Source: Octopus vulgaris
Taxonomy: Eukaryota
Reading direction: 5' to 3'
DNA: 64,000 nt
Assembly: GCA_951406725.2 (NCBI GenBank)
Contig: OX597816.1
Coordinates: 128,960,001-129,024,000 of the forward strand
In this document: piece by piece, positions 24,605-38,704 of the stretch
How positions within the stretch are numbered: position 1 is the stretch's first letter
Layout of the letters: the number at the start of each line of letters is the position of its first letter
Notes under the pieces: generated by a model
Seen by the model: only the letters and a program-made list of their open reading frames with translations
The model's database searches: none
What the model was told of the DNA's origin: nothing
Program-made: the position numbers and the translations under genes

Positions 24605-24812
24605 GCTAAGTTTGCCATCATCAATTCACCACAGGGAAAGTTCCCCATCATCAATTCACCGTTCCTTTTTCAATAAAATAGTTTTTAACTATTAATGATG
24701 AGATACTATGGATATATTTTCTCAGTAAACTTTCCTCATGGTGAACTTTCTTCACAGTGAATCGATGGAAGGGAACTTTCCCTGCAGTGAATTGATGGCT
24801 GTGAACTTACCT
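24605..24812. mobile_element. MITE-like element with subrepeated terminal inverted repeats
   Basis: CATCATCAATTCACC repeats on the left are mirrored by GTGAATCGATGG/GTGAATTGATGG on the right. Confidence 0.55.
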
Positions 24813-25368
24813 GTAATCCCATATTTCTGCCATAGCTGGAATCGGTTAAATGTCATCTGCCAAATTTCCAATAAAGTGGTAATGAACAACATACATAGGA
24901 AAAGAAGATGCAGCTGATTCTGTCCATTAGTTTCCCTGCATTCATTACTCTTGAGTTGTATATGCAACTATTTATGTTTCTGCTAAGCAAAGTTAGACAC
25001 ACACAGGGGCCCAGGTCTGAGCGGTTAATACAAAACGTTATTTAGTATTTGTTTCTAAAAGCATATAAAGGTGTTGCAGTATGCATGAAATAGTTAGTTT
25101 ATTCCATCTATTTGATATTTGTTATGAAGCAAATAAAGGCAGTATTTCTTAGGACTTGATAATATAGATTCATGTTGAAGGGTGAAGTGGAGCAGGGAAT
25201 GAAATGCCTTGTCATATTTATTTCAACATATTATGTTCAAATAATATCAAAGTAAAGATCTACAATTCATTCTTCCAGGTGTTGATAAAATAAGAGACAG
25301 TCAGTTTCTGAGATTAAGATAATCAACTTTCCTTCCTTCAAACTGCATGGCTTATGCTCTAATTAAAA

Positions 25369-25370
<2 letters not shown>

Positions 25371-25429
<59 letters not shown>

Positions 25430-25430
25430 G

Positions 25431-25470
<40 letters not shown>

Positions 25471-25507
25471 CATATATATATATACATACATACATACATA
25501 CATATAT

Positions 25508-25577
<70 letters not shown>

Positions 25578-25610
25578 GTGTGTATATATATGTCTGTGTA
25601 TGTAGATAGG

Positions 25611-25661
<51 letters not shown>
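25371..25661. repeat. Compound microsatellite (TA)n/(TATG)n/(GATA)n
   Basis: Direct inspection. Confidence 0.95.
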
Positions 25662-26212
25662 GCAGGTAGGCATACCCATGAGAAGAATTTTAATATGATA
25701 TTTGACACATTTTTAAAGACCACAGATTTGGGGAGGGTGTTGGAGTTATGGGGTTTTTTTTTTAATTCTTGACTGATTGACATTTCCTATATTACCATTT
25801 CTATTGATTCCAACTTTTTTTTCCCCTATAAAGAGAAAAATATGACATCATGTGACTCTGAGTTATTGCTTCTGCATTAACTTAATCACATGAAATATTC
25901 CTGCAAAAATTCAAACATGTAATGTCAGGTCATGGTGACATGTCAAATTAGGTGCTACTTAGCTTTGAGCAAGAACCTATAAAAAAAAGTGGGGATACAA
26001 TTTCTTCATTGTTCTTTAGCACTATATCTTGATTTACTCTGCCTCCTGACTGAACCCTACATCTAATATAAGCCATATATCAATCATCTAGTGTGTGGAA
26101 GTTGTTTATGTGGATGTGCATATACTTGTATGTATGGATGTACATATGTTTGTAAGTGTGAGTGTATATATATATGCATGTGTTGGTGTGTTTAGATGTA
26201 TATCTTTATATA

Positions 26213-26243
<31 letters not shown>

Positions 26244-26578
26244 GCATATGAGGGTGTATTTGGATGGATATGTATGTTTGTGCACTTGTGCATGTACCTG
26301 TATGTATGCATGCCTGTATATGTCTGTGCATGTGTGTACAAGTGTGTGTGTGTTTATGTGGATATGCATATATTTGTAGGTATAGATGTGCATATGTTTG
26401 CAAGTATGGGTGTATATATATATAAATATATATGCATGTAAGGGTGTGTTAGGATGTATATGTATGTTTGTGATCTTATGAGTGTGCCTCCGTATGTCTG
26501 TGCATGAGTGTATGCATGTGTATGTGTATGTTTATTTGGCTGTGCATATATTTCCATGTATGAGTGTGCCTGCGTATG

Positions 26579-26620
<42 letters not shown>

Positions 26621-26964
26621 TGTGTGAGAGAATAAAAATAATGGCCCTTGCTTTTTCAAATTTCAGTGTCTTCCTAATATTGGTGTAACATAATTTTACA
26701 CATTTATAGTCCTCCTATGGCTAAATAACAACGAACTCAGAAATGAAACTTGTTTGTCCATTTGACAGATAGAGATAAGCAAAATTGCATGCTTACCCAC
26801 GGACACAACAAATGATAGATATTGTGTCCTTAAGCAACAGAACTACATCCGTTTTTTTTTTTTTTTCCTTTCTTTAGAAAATGAAGGAAAGATGGCACTC
26901 ACAATGACTGCAAGGCCTCCCAGCAAAGAAATTTAAAAACAAAATTCCAACCCCAGATTTATCT

Positions 26965-27189
26965 TTAACCCTTTAGCATTCAGATTACTCTGCCAAATGT
27001 AATGCTTACTTATTCACATTGTTTAGAATTTATGATGCATTAACTCATAGCTCTGAGATTTCAATGATGCGATTGTTTATTTTTAGAATAACATTGTAAG
27101 GTAGATGTGAAGGTTGGATCTGGACAGTTTGCATGTAAAACAAATAGAGTATTTAGGTCAGCTATGGTCTGTTTAAATGCTTGAGTTAA
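26965..27189. mobile_element. TTAA-flanked (piggyBac-type) MITE
   Basis: TTAA|CCCTTTAGCATT...AATGCTTGAG|TTAA. Partial copies lie at 27280-27440 and, reversed, at about 62372-62530. Confidence 0.7.
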
Positions 27190-27662
27190 ATCAGAGACTA
27201 GTTTGTAAGTTTGTGATAAGGCATATTGTGCTAAAAACACCCACCAACGGCTAGGTCATGGCTTTAAGTTAGGCAAATGTATTATCTCGTAGCTTTGAGA
27301 GTTCAATGACATAAACGTTTATTTTTAGAATGACATTGCAGGGTAGATGTGAGAGACTGGATCTGGCCAGTTTGAACATAAAACAGGTAGAATATTTAGA
27401 ATATTTAGTCCCGATATGATTGGTTTAAATGCTAAAGAATGAAATCAGAGACTGGTTTGAAAGTCTGTAACAATGTAGATTCTGCTAAAAACATCCACCA
27501 AGGGTTAGGTGATGATGTTAAATTAGGCAATAGACTAAACCTAGCACTCACTGGTAGCTGTTCTACTAATTTGCAATACACCAGCATTTTGTATGTCTTA
27601 GTTTAGTATCAGGTGTCTATAAGGTCTGATATGAAAATAATTCTCTGATATGAGAATAAATA

Positions 27663-30600
27663 AATAGTTACCAGGGTAGCAAAAATTCACAATAAGCACC
27701 AAGGATATTACAGCCTACTACCTACTTATAAAAGTAGAAATTCCAGGGTTAAGTGAAATGTTTTTGTATAACATGGATAAATTAAGAAATGGAATCAAAC
27801 GCAGGTGTTATTCAAATCATTTATACTTCTAACATATTTTTCAAAAAAAGCATTGAAATTATTCCAGAGGGAATAAAAATGATGCAAAACAATGCAATCA
27901 TTTCATCACGGAAAAAAGGAAATGGAACATCAAGAAGCCATTTTAACCGAATGTGATTGCCACGTATATGATGAAGGGGAGTGCTCGAAAGTTATTTTTT
28001 ATAATCCATTAATAGATTTAATGTCAAAGGTAATTTAGGGAAAAAGGAGGAGAAAGAAAGAAATTAACAGAAAATTAAGAGTGGAAAAATATAATGTGAT
28101 AGATGAATGGGAATAAAGTTTAAAAGCATGGAAATAGATATATGTAGTGGAAATGAAATGTAAGAAGACAATTGAAGGTCAAAATTTATAGACTGGTGGA
28201 AATTACTTATAGGAACTAAAGGTATGTTTTTGCCAATGTTTACAAAAATAAACACCTTCTTTAAACGTGTTTGCAAGAGTATTCTCCCAGAAAAGGATGA
28301 GAAAGTGCTCTTCGTTACAGAGCAGACAAAAAGATTTAACTTTTGTCATATGAGAAGGATTAAAGTAGAATTTTCCATTCTGAATCGACTTGTTTGTGTT
28401 TCTTTAGAGACCAAATTAATTTACTAAGGCCAGTATTGTTGCATTTATTAATATGTCAAAATGTAGAGTAATGGTTAGATATTCTTTTTGACGACTGAGA
28501 CAATGAGCTACCTATATAAAAAAAAGACATCAGAACTGGAAATAATTTTACATTGATAAACAGAGTTTCTAGTCTTAGAATTACTGCTAAGGAAATGAAT
28601 ATGATTTGAATTTATATCAGAAATATTAATATTGTTATTATTGTTCAAAGAATGGTTAGCATTCATAATATCAATGTTATTATTTTCATTAAGTGGATTT
28701 GTATTTCACAACTTATTGTTATGCAAAGAAATGACTTGTGAAAGATTTTTGGTGTTTGAAAAACCTATCCTAATTCGGTGTGAAATGATAATGGAACGGT
28801 ATCTGGAATTTTTCAGAAAATTTTTATCTATACTTTCACGATATTGGTATGGGAGGTTCGATTTGATCTGTTCATCAAATGGAATAATCAGCCAAACTGT
28901 TTTACTAGGACACACTTTGTTATTAGGGTAATTATCATTAAAGGTCCTAGACTTATTTATATTATTTATAAAGGGATATAAAGAACAGTGATTTCCCTTA
29001 TGCTGCAAAATTACATTTTTCGATTTAATGATGTTATTCGAACTAAAATTTATATTGTTATTACCATTATGATGTGTTTTCATATCCTGATTAATAGAGG
29101 CAGAATTAATGCCAATAAGATTATTATGGTAATATTTTTTTATAGCCTGCTTTAAGTAAGGCAGAGTTATATAATTCAGCTTTATTGTTGAAGATATCAA
29201 CATTAGAAGATAATCTAGAAAGTCTAAGTAAAAGATTTCTAAGTTCTAAGAACACTTGCATAGTTCTAAGACCTTGTAATAGCCTTCAGATGATTATTGA
29301 AAGAGCTAATATATTTCAAATTAGTTGAGGGTTTATGGTATGGGAAATATGAATCATTATATAAGTTAAGGGTAAAAGCCAAAAAGTTGGCTTTAGTTAT
29401 ATCATCATCACAAATAATGTTTAAGCCCATGTTTTGGAAAAATTTAGCCAACCTATTTTTAACTCTTTGTAATTTTTGGTTAGAAACATTTTGAAGGTAG
29501 AGTAGACAATCATCATGATATAAACTTCCATTAATGTTTGGGAATTGGTTAACCATCTCATAAAGGATATATATACCTACCAAATCAGCCAATTGTACTG
29601 AGTCAGAACTTCCCATCATGGCATCAAAACTGTCAGGTGTATCTTTACAGACCCATAGCTTATTTTCAAATTTAATGATTGATTTTCTGGCAGCTAACAC
29701 CTCATTAATTTCATCCCGGGTGAGACCTGCTTTGTTGTGTGCAAACCAGAGAAATAGTAACTAGAAATGTCAAACTGGATAAATTTAGTGCACTTCTTGT
29801 TATTAATAAAATTAAACCAGTTGACCACATGAAATGAATTAGACCACAAATTAAGTTTTAATTTTTTAACAAAAGAAAGAATGTATTTATCTAAAATATT
29901 TTTGCTAAGTACAACGATATCAGAGCTAGAAGGACAAATAAGTTGTAAGGTTGGGTTTTTAAAAAATTTGGTTTGTAGTCTTTTAAAATAAAACGAGGTT
30001 GTTTGGGATCAAGAGGTTCAGTCTTCATCTGTAAATCATATTTCTCCATAATTTTCTTTGCCTCAAGATTGGCTTTCCTGATAGCTATTTTACCAGTAAT
30101 CCTATAATTCATTTGTATTTCTTTCCTGAGCAATTCTAGGTAGTAATCCTTCACAAGTCTGTAGATGTTTCCTGTTTTATCAAATTGAATCAGTATCCTA
30201 TCAATGTTGTGAATTTCTTTGGTGATATTGTGAAGATAGCTCACATGTTTATTAGTTAAGTGTGAACAATGGAATTTCACATTCCTCATGATAGACTAGA
30301 GATCGTCTTCAAACTGGTTCAATATTCAGTGGAACCCATCTATAAAATTTGAACTTTACCTGTCTTCTTACATTTCATTTCCACTACATATATCTATTTC
30401 CATGCTTTTAAACTTTATTCCCTTTCATCTATCGTAGTATATTTTTCCACTCTTAATTTTCTGTTAATTTCTTTCTTTCTCCTCCTTCTCTTTCTCTAAA
30501 TTACCTTTGACATTAAATCTATTAATATTCTTTTAAAAAATAACTTGCTAACACTCCCCTTCATCATATATGTAGTAATCACATTCGGTTAAAATAGCTT

Positions 30601-30766
30601 ATTGATGTTTTGCTTTGTTTCCTTTTTTTTCCCTGATGAGATGATTGCATTGTTTTACATCATTTTTATTCCCCCTGGAATAATCTCAATGCCTTTTTTT
30701 CGAAACATATGTTGGAAGTATAAATGATTTGAATAACACCCGCGTTTGATTCCATTTCTTAATTTA
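27663..30766 (-). mobile_element. Penelope-like element (RT plus GIY-YIG endonuclease), 5'-truncated, with 3' pLTR and inverted 5' pLTR
   Basis: RT motifs are FDKTGNIY, FDAMMGSSDSVQLADLVG, SLYHDDCL and NFLAFTLNL..PYHKP..NNH. The GIY-YIG region reads NSVYQC..YIG..KRISNHYSTF..TGLSKLIW..CLLCNEE at about 28230-28600. Segment 27777-28192 is the reverse complement of 30339-30766. Confidence 0.92.
30629..30718 (+). ncRNA. Type I hammerhead ribozyme-like motif in the pLTR
   Basis: TTCC-CTGATGA-G[long domain II]C-GAAA-CATATG-TT-GGAA. Stem III is the palindrome ACATATGT. The triplet GUU is possibly CpG-decayed GUC. Confidence 0.7.
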
Positions 30767-31714
30767 TATATATATATACACAGTTTCCATTTACCAAATC
30801 CACTTACAAAGATTGTGTTGCCATGGGGATATGATAGAAGACACTTCCCCAAGATACCAAATAATGAGACTGGACCCAGAACCATGTGGTTGGGAAGTAT
30901 GTATGTATGTATGTATGTATGAATGTATGCATGCATGTATATCAGCGAACCAGTTGAATCTAAGCATACTAGATACGGATACATGCAAACACCCACACAT
31001 TCACAACACACACACATGCACACATATTAGAAGTTTCATTTGTAGTTTCCTTCATTATCTTTCTATTTCCCCTGGCCTTAAAATAAAATAACAATAATAA
31101 TAATAATAACAATAATAATAAGAAGAAGAAGAATAACAATGATGATGATGATGATTGATTTGGTTCACACATATAGGATTGCTTCTGAAGTGTTGCCTCT
31201 GGAAAGCTGTTATTAATATCGACTGAAATACACCTTCTTTTACAAACAATTCTTTTGAAAGTATTTGTTGTGATTTTAGACATTTTTTTTTTTTGACTAT
31301 CAATTATGTATGTTACCTTTACTTGAAAGAGGAAGTATGTGTTGGTTAGGTAAATCTATTAGATAATATATCAACTGTCTGCACTTAAGTCATCTCTTGT
31401 TTTCAAGTTAAGGCTGCTGATGGACAATTCAGCTGATATGACAGCAGATTATATTTTATCATATTGTTATTGTACTGCATCCATAACCAAGACACTTAAC
31501 TTTCAATGCACAAGTCACCTAACTGTAAATGAATCCCACAGGATGGTAAAGTCAGCACTTGAAACATAAGTGTTATAAAATAGATAACGGTTTTGTTAGT
31601 CTGAGTTAAGTGCTCACTAGACATAGCAACAGAATTAGAAATGACTACACTTTTGAACCATAATAGAGAAAAACACTCAACTTTTAAACAGTAAGACTTC
31701 AGTTATGATCCAAT

Positions 31715-32215
31715 AACGCTGTGTAACAATTTTTCTTTTTTTTTTTTGTCTTTGGTCAGTAAGTGTTATTTCCTATTTGCTTCAGTCTAGAAATCAAAGG
31801 AAATGACTACTATTCTACTATTCCCTTCAAACTTTGCTTTTGTGACCTGGACATCAATGTTTTGAAACTGACCTATTTTCCATTACATTCCAGACAGATT
31901 CAGTACTGAGTTGCTGAAGCAGAAATATCATTCTAGCAAATACTCTGCTCAATACCACAGATTTGTTTGTTAGTTACTTGACCTTAATCACTTGAGCATG
32001 TCCCTTAGTGGTTGACAATATGTGCATCTCTGATCATAAATAAGAGTTGTAGGGAGCATTATACCCATGTATTAAGAGGGATTCTTTAGAGTGTGAATAA
32101 ATGTAATGAAAGCAAAGTTTGAAGGAAATATAAGCCATTTTTCATACATTCTAGGGGTAAGCAAATAGGAAATAACAGTTGCTACCCAAGGACAGAATTC
32201 ATCTTACACAGTGTA
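31715..32215. mobile_element. MITE-like element with long diverged TIRs
   Basis: TGTTATTTCCTATTTGCTT..CCTTCAAACTTTGCTTT is mirrored by AAAGCAAAGTTTGAAGG..AAGCAAATAGGAAATAACA. Confidence 0.65.
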
Positions 32216-32473
32216 ATCTAATATCTTCCCTGCTCCCTCTCTTTCTCTCTATCTCTCTGTCTTCATGTACCATACCTTCTTCTGTCAATGAAATTGTGCT
32301 TCCTTGCCCAAAGTCTAGAAGTTGATGCTTTTACTTGGACAATTTACAGCTTGCTGTGCTGGTCTCCTTCTCCTCAGAGCTTAACCTTGAGAATGACTTT
32401 CCCTAGACACAGCAAAATATGCTTCAACACACAAACTCTCATAAAGAATCTTGCTAACCAAATTCAAAACAAA

Positions 32474-32536
<63 letters not shown>

Positions 32537-32656
32537 TGTGTACATATCTATATCTACATCTATATATATAGATATAGATATATATATGTATGCACACACA
32601 CATTATATATATATATATATATGTATATATGATGATGATGATGATATATATAGATA

Positions 32657-34069
32657 CTAGCAAATACACCTGTACTTTGGACAGTTTAAGTTGCTTTGGT
32701 GGTATTTTTTCACCAAATAATTGAACTACAAAGAAGGTTTATAAGTCGCATGGTAATCTACATTTCCAATTAACCTAGGAATGGAAAATCAAATTGAAGG
32801 CTGATTATTGAGTGGGGGAGCGTCGCACTTTAATGATCATAGAAAATATGAGTTTGCAAGCGATGCAAAGCAGAGCTACTGAAGTGTTTTGGGAGTAGAT
32901 TACGGATAATGACTACAAAACATAATTATTTTACATGAAAGCGAAATTTCTTGTCAGAAACAGTCTCATAAATGGTGTAAGGAAATTGAAGGAAGATGTT
33001 GAAATTTCCCCTCTGTGAGTTTATTTTTTTCAACAGCAAAGGGAGCTATATTTTCAGAGAGATAAGCTAACAAAAGCCCCTTTATTCTGTCTTCCCACAT
33101 AGCCTGTACATAAACTAATAGCAAATGCTGCATAATGTTAAATTGGTATGGAGCTTTCTGAAAGATATGTATAGCTTTCACTAGTGGATGCAAAACTCTT
33201 AAATGTTGATACTTTGGGCCAAATCACATGTGATTGTTTAAAAACGAGGCTAAAATGACAATGATAAAACATATTTGAAACAATGGACAACAGTCGAAAT
33301 ATCACAATGGATGGGTGGATAAGCATCCTTAAAGTGAATCAATGCATTGGTAGGTAAACATAGGTATCAACAAATAGAAGAGAGGGAAGGGAACATCACT
33401 TTTCAAGTAACTCAGAATAGGTAAATGTAAAGTTGCCAAAGTTTAATGCAGTTTAAATATGGAGATTCAGATTGCTTGGTATTGGTTATTCATCGAGTAC
33501 AATGTTCCTAGTCAATTTAATCACCATGACAGGTGGACAGTCGAAATGAATAATTGGATAAAATCCTTTCACTTTTATAAAAATATTAAAAAAGGTATGT
33601 AAGACCCTGCTTACAAAAAAACTTTGTCCATTTAGGTTCATTTACACGAGAGCTCTGGGCAAAATGTTTAGTGCATGACCATCTTTGAGACATAAGTAAT
33701 GTGTGTGTAAAGTTTGGTGAAAATCGGTTGAGAATTGTGGAAATGTATGCATTCAGTGTTCCTAGTCAATTTAATGACTGTCACTGGTGCAAAGTGGAAA
33801 TAAGTAAATAAGAAAAATCCTTTCACTCATATAAAAAGATTAAAAATGTATGGAAGACCCTACAGATTATAAAACAGCTGATTAATGTAAATGAATAAGA
33901 ATAATCTATTGTTGGTTTAATATTGCTCAAGAGGCCCCAATATCAATTTTTTTAAAAAATTAAGTATCCTACATTTGGGCTTGGGATATGTTGCAGCTGT
34001 GTATAAAATTTTAAAGAAATCAGATGAAAGATGTGAAAGTTATTGAGGTACATTAAATTTTTGTACACA

Positions 34070-34105
<36 letters not shown>

Positions 34106-34121
34106 ACTTCAATTTTATAGA
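32657..34121 (-). mobile_element. Non-autonomous Helitron-like element (old)
   Basis: The minus strand starts TCTATAAAA followed by (TG)n and ends CTAG. The end architecture matches 45596-46320, but the 3' hairpin is degenerate. Confidence 0.55.
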
Positions 34122-35195
34122 TATATATATAATTATATATATATATATATAGGAAACAGTCTTCTTTCAGTTTCTGTCTATCAAACCCTCTCAAGCTTTC
34201 CAATAGTTAAAGCAGAGCAGTAGTTTTGCTTTGTTGCTTTCTATGTAAATGAGAGACACTTGGAAATAATCCTGTGCTTTTATGCAATACCACATATGAG
34301 AATATAAAAAAAAAACTTAGAAAGAAATAGATGAAAATTTTGAACTCTGATTCCTGGAATTACCAACTACAAAAATCTAAAAGAAGATTGTAAATTATCT
34401 GAGTACATAGATGAAATTCAAAATATCAACAATATGAAACTTTTGTACAGTAAAAGGCCAGAGCCGCCCAATATATATTTAAAAAAATAGCAAGGGTCAA
34501 ATAATATTCACTCTTTGCTTGCTTTTAGTTCTTCTTGCCTCCCCTATCATGTCTTGTAGATGACATGATTTATAATAGAAGTAACCATATAACAGTCTTT
34601 ACAAATGTTTCCGACAGCTCCAGACTTGAAAGAGTCAAATCAAATATATACATAAATCTAAGATCTCTTGTTATTTTATCTTTAAAGAGAGAATCAAAAC
34701 TTTAATGTATTTCCTATAAAGTTATGTAACAACAAAGGGTCTGTTATGAAAAATCAATAAAGATTGCTTACAAAAATATGATGGGACAGAAAAATGAAGA
34801 TTTAGTGATGTCCATGCCTCTCTTGAGGAAGTATTTCTGACAAGTAATATTGGAACCAGGTCATAGCTACAATTCTCAAAGAATTTACTCCCTGCCATTG
34901 CAAACATCTATAATGTCTGAATATACGAACGAGCTAATGTAGAGAGAAAATATACGCATACAGATAGACATCTATATGATGTATATCTAAATGTCAGGTC
35001 TTGTGGACATCTATGAAATGCATTATTCTTGTAAAACTCATGTACTAACCTTTAACTGGGTTAAACTAACTTCCCTTTAACTATAATAATCAATAATTAT
35101 TCTATCAATTCATTCTCTTTAATCATTTCTTATCTAAGCACCTTTGCTTGCATGCACATGTTTATCTATCCTGAGTACGTGTGACTGCATGTGTG

Positions 35196-35197
<2 letters not shown>

Positions 35198-35293
<96 letters not shown>
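35198..35293. repeat. (TG)n microsatellite
   Basis: Direct inspection. Confidence 0.97.
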
Positions 35294-35294
<1 letters not shown>

Positions 35295-35652
35295 TCTACA
35301 AGTGCATGTGTGAATGTTTGAAACTTCCTATTCTAAATATATGTATATTTGTGTTTATTTATTCATTGTTAGAAGAGGCCTCCAAGTATAAATAGACGGA
35401 AGCCAATAGTCTTTTATGTATTAATAAGAATATTCACACAAGAGCCATCATTGCCAACAAAATGTAGTTTCATAAATGCATGAGAATTTCATAAACCACC
35501 ATACCTAAATAAAAACCCATTAATAAACAAGAGAAATAAAGGAGATCGAATTTTTAAAATGCTCTTTCACTGAATAAAAAGCTTCAGCATTTATATATAC
35601 AACTGACTTCTGAAATGAATGGCTACAATGTGATGAAGGCATGTTGCAAGTT

Positions 35653-35655
35653 TTA

Positions 35656-35704
<49 letters not shown>

Positions 35705-35766
35705 CATTATTATTATTATTATTATCATTATTATTATTATTATTATCATTATTGTTATCATCATTA

Positions 35767-35812
<46 letters not shown>

Positions 35813-35878
35813 AATTATTATCATTATTGTTGTTGCTGCTGTTGTTATAATTGTTGTAGTTATTATTATTATTATCAT
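35653..35878. repeat. (ATT)n microsatellite
   Basis: Direct inspection. It is the source of the poly-N/I/Y ORFs. Confidence 0.97.
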
Positions 35879-35955
35879 TTTCTTTTCTGTTTGCAATTGG
35901 CGGCTTCACCTAGTCCTACTCACTGAAAAGGAAGGTAAAATAAATAAATAAATGA

Positions 35956-35987
<32 letters not shown>

Positions 35988-36916
35988 ATAGAGATCCTTT
36001 GACTTTCTGCAGTATAATGAATAGCTTAAAACTATGCAGCAATGGGAAGGTATGTACAACATTGTAGGTAAAAGGGAAGTGTAGTGGGGAGTATAAAAAT
36101 CCATCATCTAACCTGTTAAATTATTCGGGCTTAGCAGAGAATGCTGAAGGTAATTTCTGAAGAAACAATCATGTCTAAATGAAAATTCTCCGACTATGAA
36201 AGAAAACTAATCATAATTGTACAACAACAGCAAAAATAGGAAGAAAAAATATACAAAATAAAAATAAAATAAAATAAAAATAGAAAGAAGAGAAAAACGA
36301 TGGTAAGAAAGAATGAAAAGAAAAGTTTCAACGAAGCACAGCTGCAGATTAATGAAACTTTTAAACAAAAAGATGATTGCATTTTTAATGAAGTATCTTC
36401 TTAATTCAGATGTGAGGGGTATGGAAAAAAAGAAATAAAAACAAAAGAAATATTAGATAGAATCTAAGAGAAGGGCAGCAAAGGAAGAGCTAATGCACAA
36501 TAAAGACTTACCAATCAATGAAAGTAGTGCAGCTTAGTAAAGTGAAAGATTAGTTTTAATCGATAATCAATAAGGAAGAATAGGGTTTTTGCAGCAAACT
36601 GAGAGGAAAATTCTTCCTTGCGACATAGTTACAAGTTTTCTCTTAAACAAAGGTTTATCAAGAAAATAGAGAAATTGTAGGTTGATACGTTATTCCCGAA
36701 GGAAGGAAGGTGTTATGGAATTTCTGTTGAGGAAAAAGGGGAAAAAATATTGATGTTTAAATAGAATTCACTGAGAATTCAAAGAATTACTGATATACAT
36801 GCATACATACTTACATGCACATACATGTGTTTAAATGCATGTGTATATGTCTATCTATCTATATATTTTTCAATCTATCTATCTATCTATCTATCTATCT
36901 ATATATACACACACAC

Positions 36917-36998
<82 letters not shown>

Positions 36999-37001
<3 letters not shown>

Positions 37002-37590
37002 TGCAGGTGTAGCTGTGTGGTAAGACGCTTGCTTCCCAACCACATGGTTCCAGGTACAGTCCCACTGCATGGCATCTTGAGCAAGTGTCTTCTACTATAG
37101 CCTTGGGCCAACCAAAACCTTGAGAGTGGATAATAACAATAATAATAATATTAGGGAGTATAACTCCAAACTTACAGGGAAAAATTCAATTTAGTATTAA
37201 ATTAAATTTCACAATATAAATATATAATATATAAATTAGAGAAAAACCACTATTATGCAATGACAGACGTAAACAATGACAGACGTAAACCAAATCATAA
37301 ATAAAAAATAAAATATATTTTTTAAAAACATATAACTAGATCACAAAAAGTACAAAAATGAATAAACAATATATAATAAGTAATAAGTAAAAAAACAGTT
37401 ATGATTCTTATATAATATATACTTATATAATACTTATATATTGTTTATTCATTTTTGTACTTTTTGTGATCTAGTTATATGTTTTAAAATATATTTTATT
37501 TTTTATTTATGATTTGGTTTGTGTCTATCATTGTTTGAATTGCATAATAGTGGTTTTTCTCTAATTTATATATATATATATATGTATATA

Positions 37591-37621
<31 letters not shown>

Positions 37622-37853
37622 ATGTATGTATTTGTATGTCTGTGTTTGCCCACCACAACAACCACCATCACTTAACACCAATGCTGGTGTGTTTACATCC
37701 CCATAACTTAGCAGTCCAGCTAAGATAAAGAGACCAATAGAATAAGTACTAGGCTTACAAAGAATAAGTCCAGGGGTCGATTTGTTTGACTAAAGGCGTT
37801 GCTCCAGCATGGCCACAGTCAAATGACTGAAGCAAGTAAAAGAATAAAAGAAT
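36999..37853 (+). mobile_element. tRNA-derived SINE split by a Penelope-like foldback
   Basis: Head at 36999-37130 and 3' part at 37635-37853, matching the family at 14385-14955 and 61655-62047. Confidence 0.8.
37135..37572. repeat. Asymmetric inverted repeat of the 3' end of the pLTR-like repeat found at 62740-63390
   Basis: Arms are about 37226-37376 and 37435-37572. Segment 37140-37385 is the reverse complement of 63148-63390. Confidence 0.85.
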
Positions 37854-37935
37854 ATAAAATATTTTATATATATTTTTTGCATTATAACTCACCACATGAG
37901 GATAATCAAAATTCTCCTCCTCCCCTTTTTCTTAC

Positions 37936-37984
<49 letters not shown>

Positions 37985-38375
37985 GATTATGATAGTCTTG
38001 TAGTCCAAGAAAGACACTTCTGCAATTTCATGCTGAACAATCAACACAATTGATTCGTTTATAGTGATCAAATGATTGTATTGTTCCTTAGCTCCCACTC
38101 TCCATCAAATTGACGTTACCTAACAGGAGCAGAGTTGCCCAATGTGTCAGCAACGAGAGAGTCAAGGAGGAAGCAAGAGAGAGAGAGAGGAAATGGTGAA
38201 GGGGAGGGGAGGAGACTAGGGAAAGGGTGGGAGAGAAAAACAGAAAGGTAAAAGAACAAAAGAGGGAGATAGATAGACAGAGAAGAGATAGAATAAGAGT
38301 GCGCATCATAATTATTAAGATGATAATGTGTGGCATTCGATCATATAACAATATAAATAATATATAAATATATGC

Positions 38376-38425
<50 letters not shown>

Positions 38426-38585
38426 GTATGTATGTAGTTATGCATAACCTGCAAGTTACATAAGTATATAGTTACATAACCTGTGAGCTTGGAGAACTTG
38501 TTGCAGCATAGAAACAATTGTAGTGATTACAAGTAAATCTCCAACCATAATCCTTCTTGTTGACTTTAATTTATTCATCAATATG

Positions 38586-38618
<33 letters not shown>

Positions 38619-38704
38619 TAATGTTTGTTTTTATGTTCAGTTATAATAAAACAATTTTCCATTAATCTAATGGGTTAACTCTATACCTTTGTACAAATTC
38701 ATTT

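Noticed and set aside
35520-35926. Poly-Asn/Ile/Tyr ORFs (and similar YIYI, HTHT, CVCV and poly-His ORFs throughout)
   Set aside because: These are translations of microsatellites that lack stop codons in some frames.
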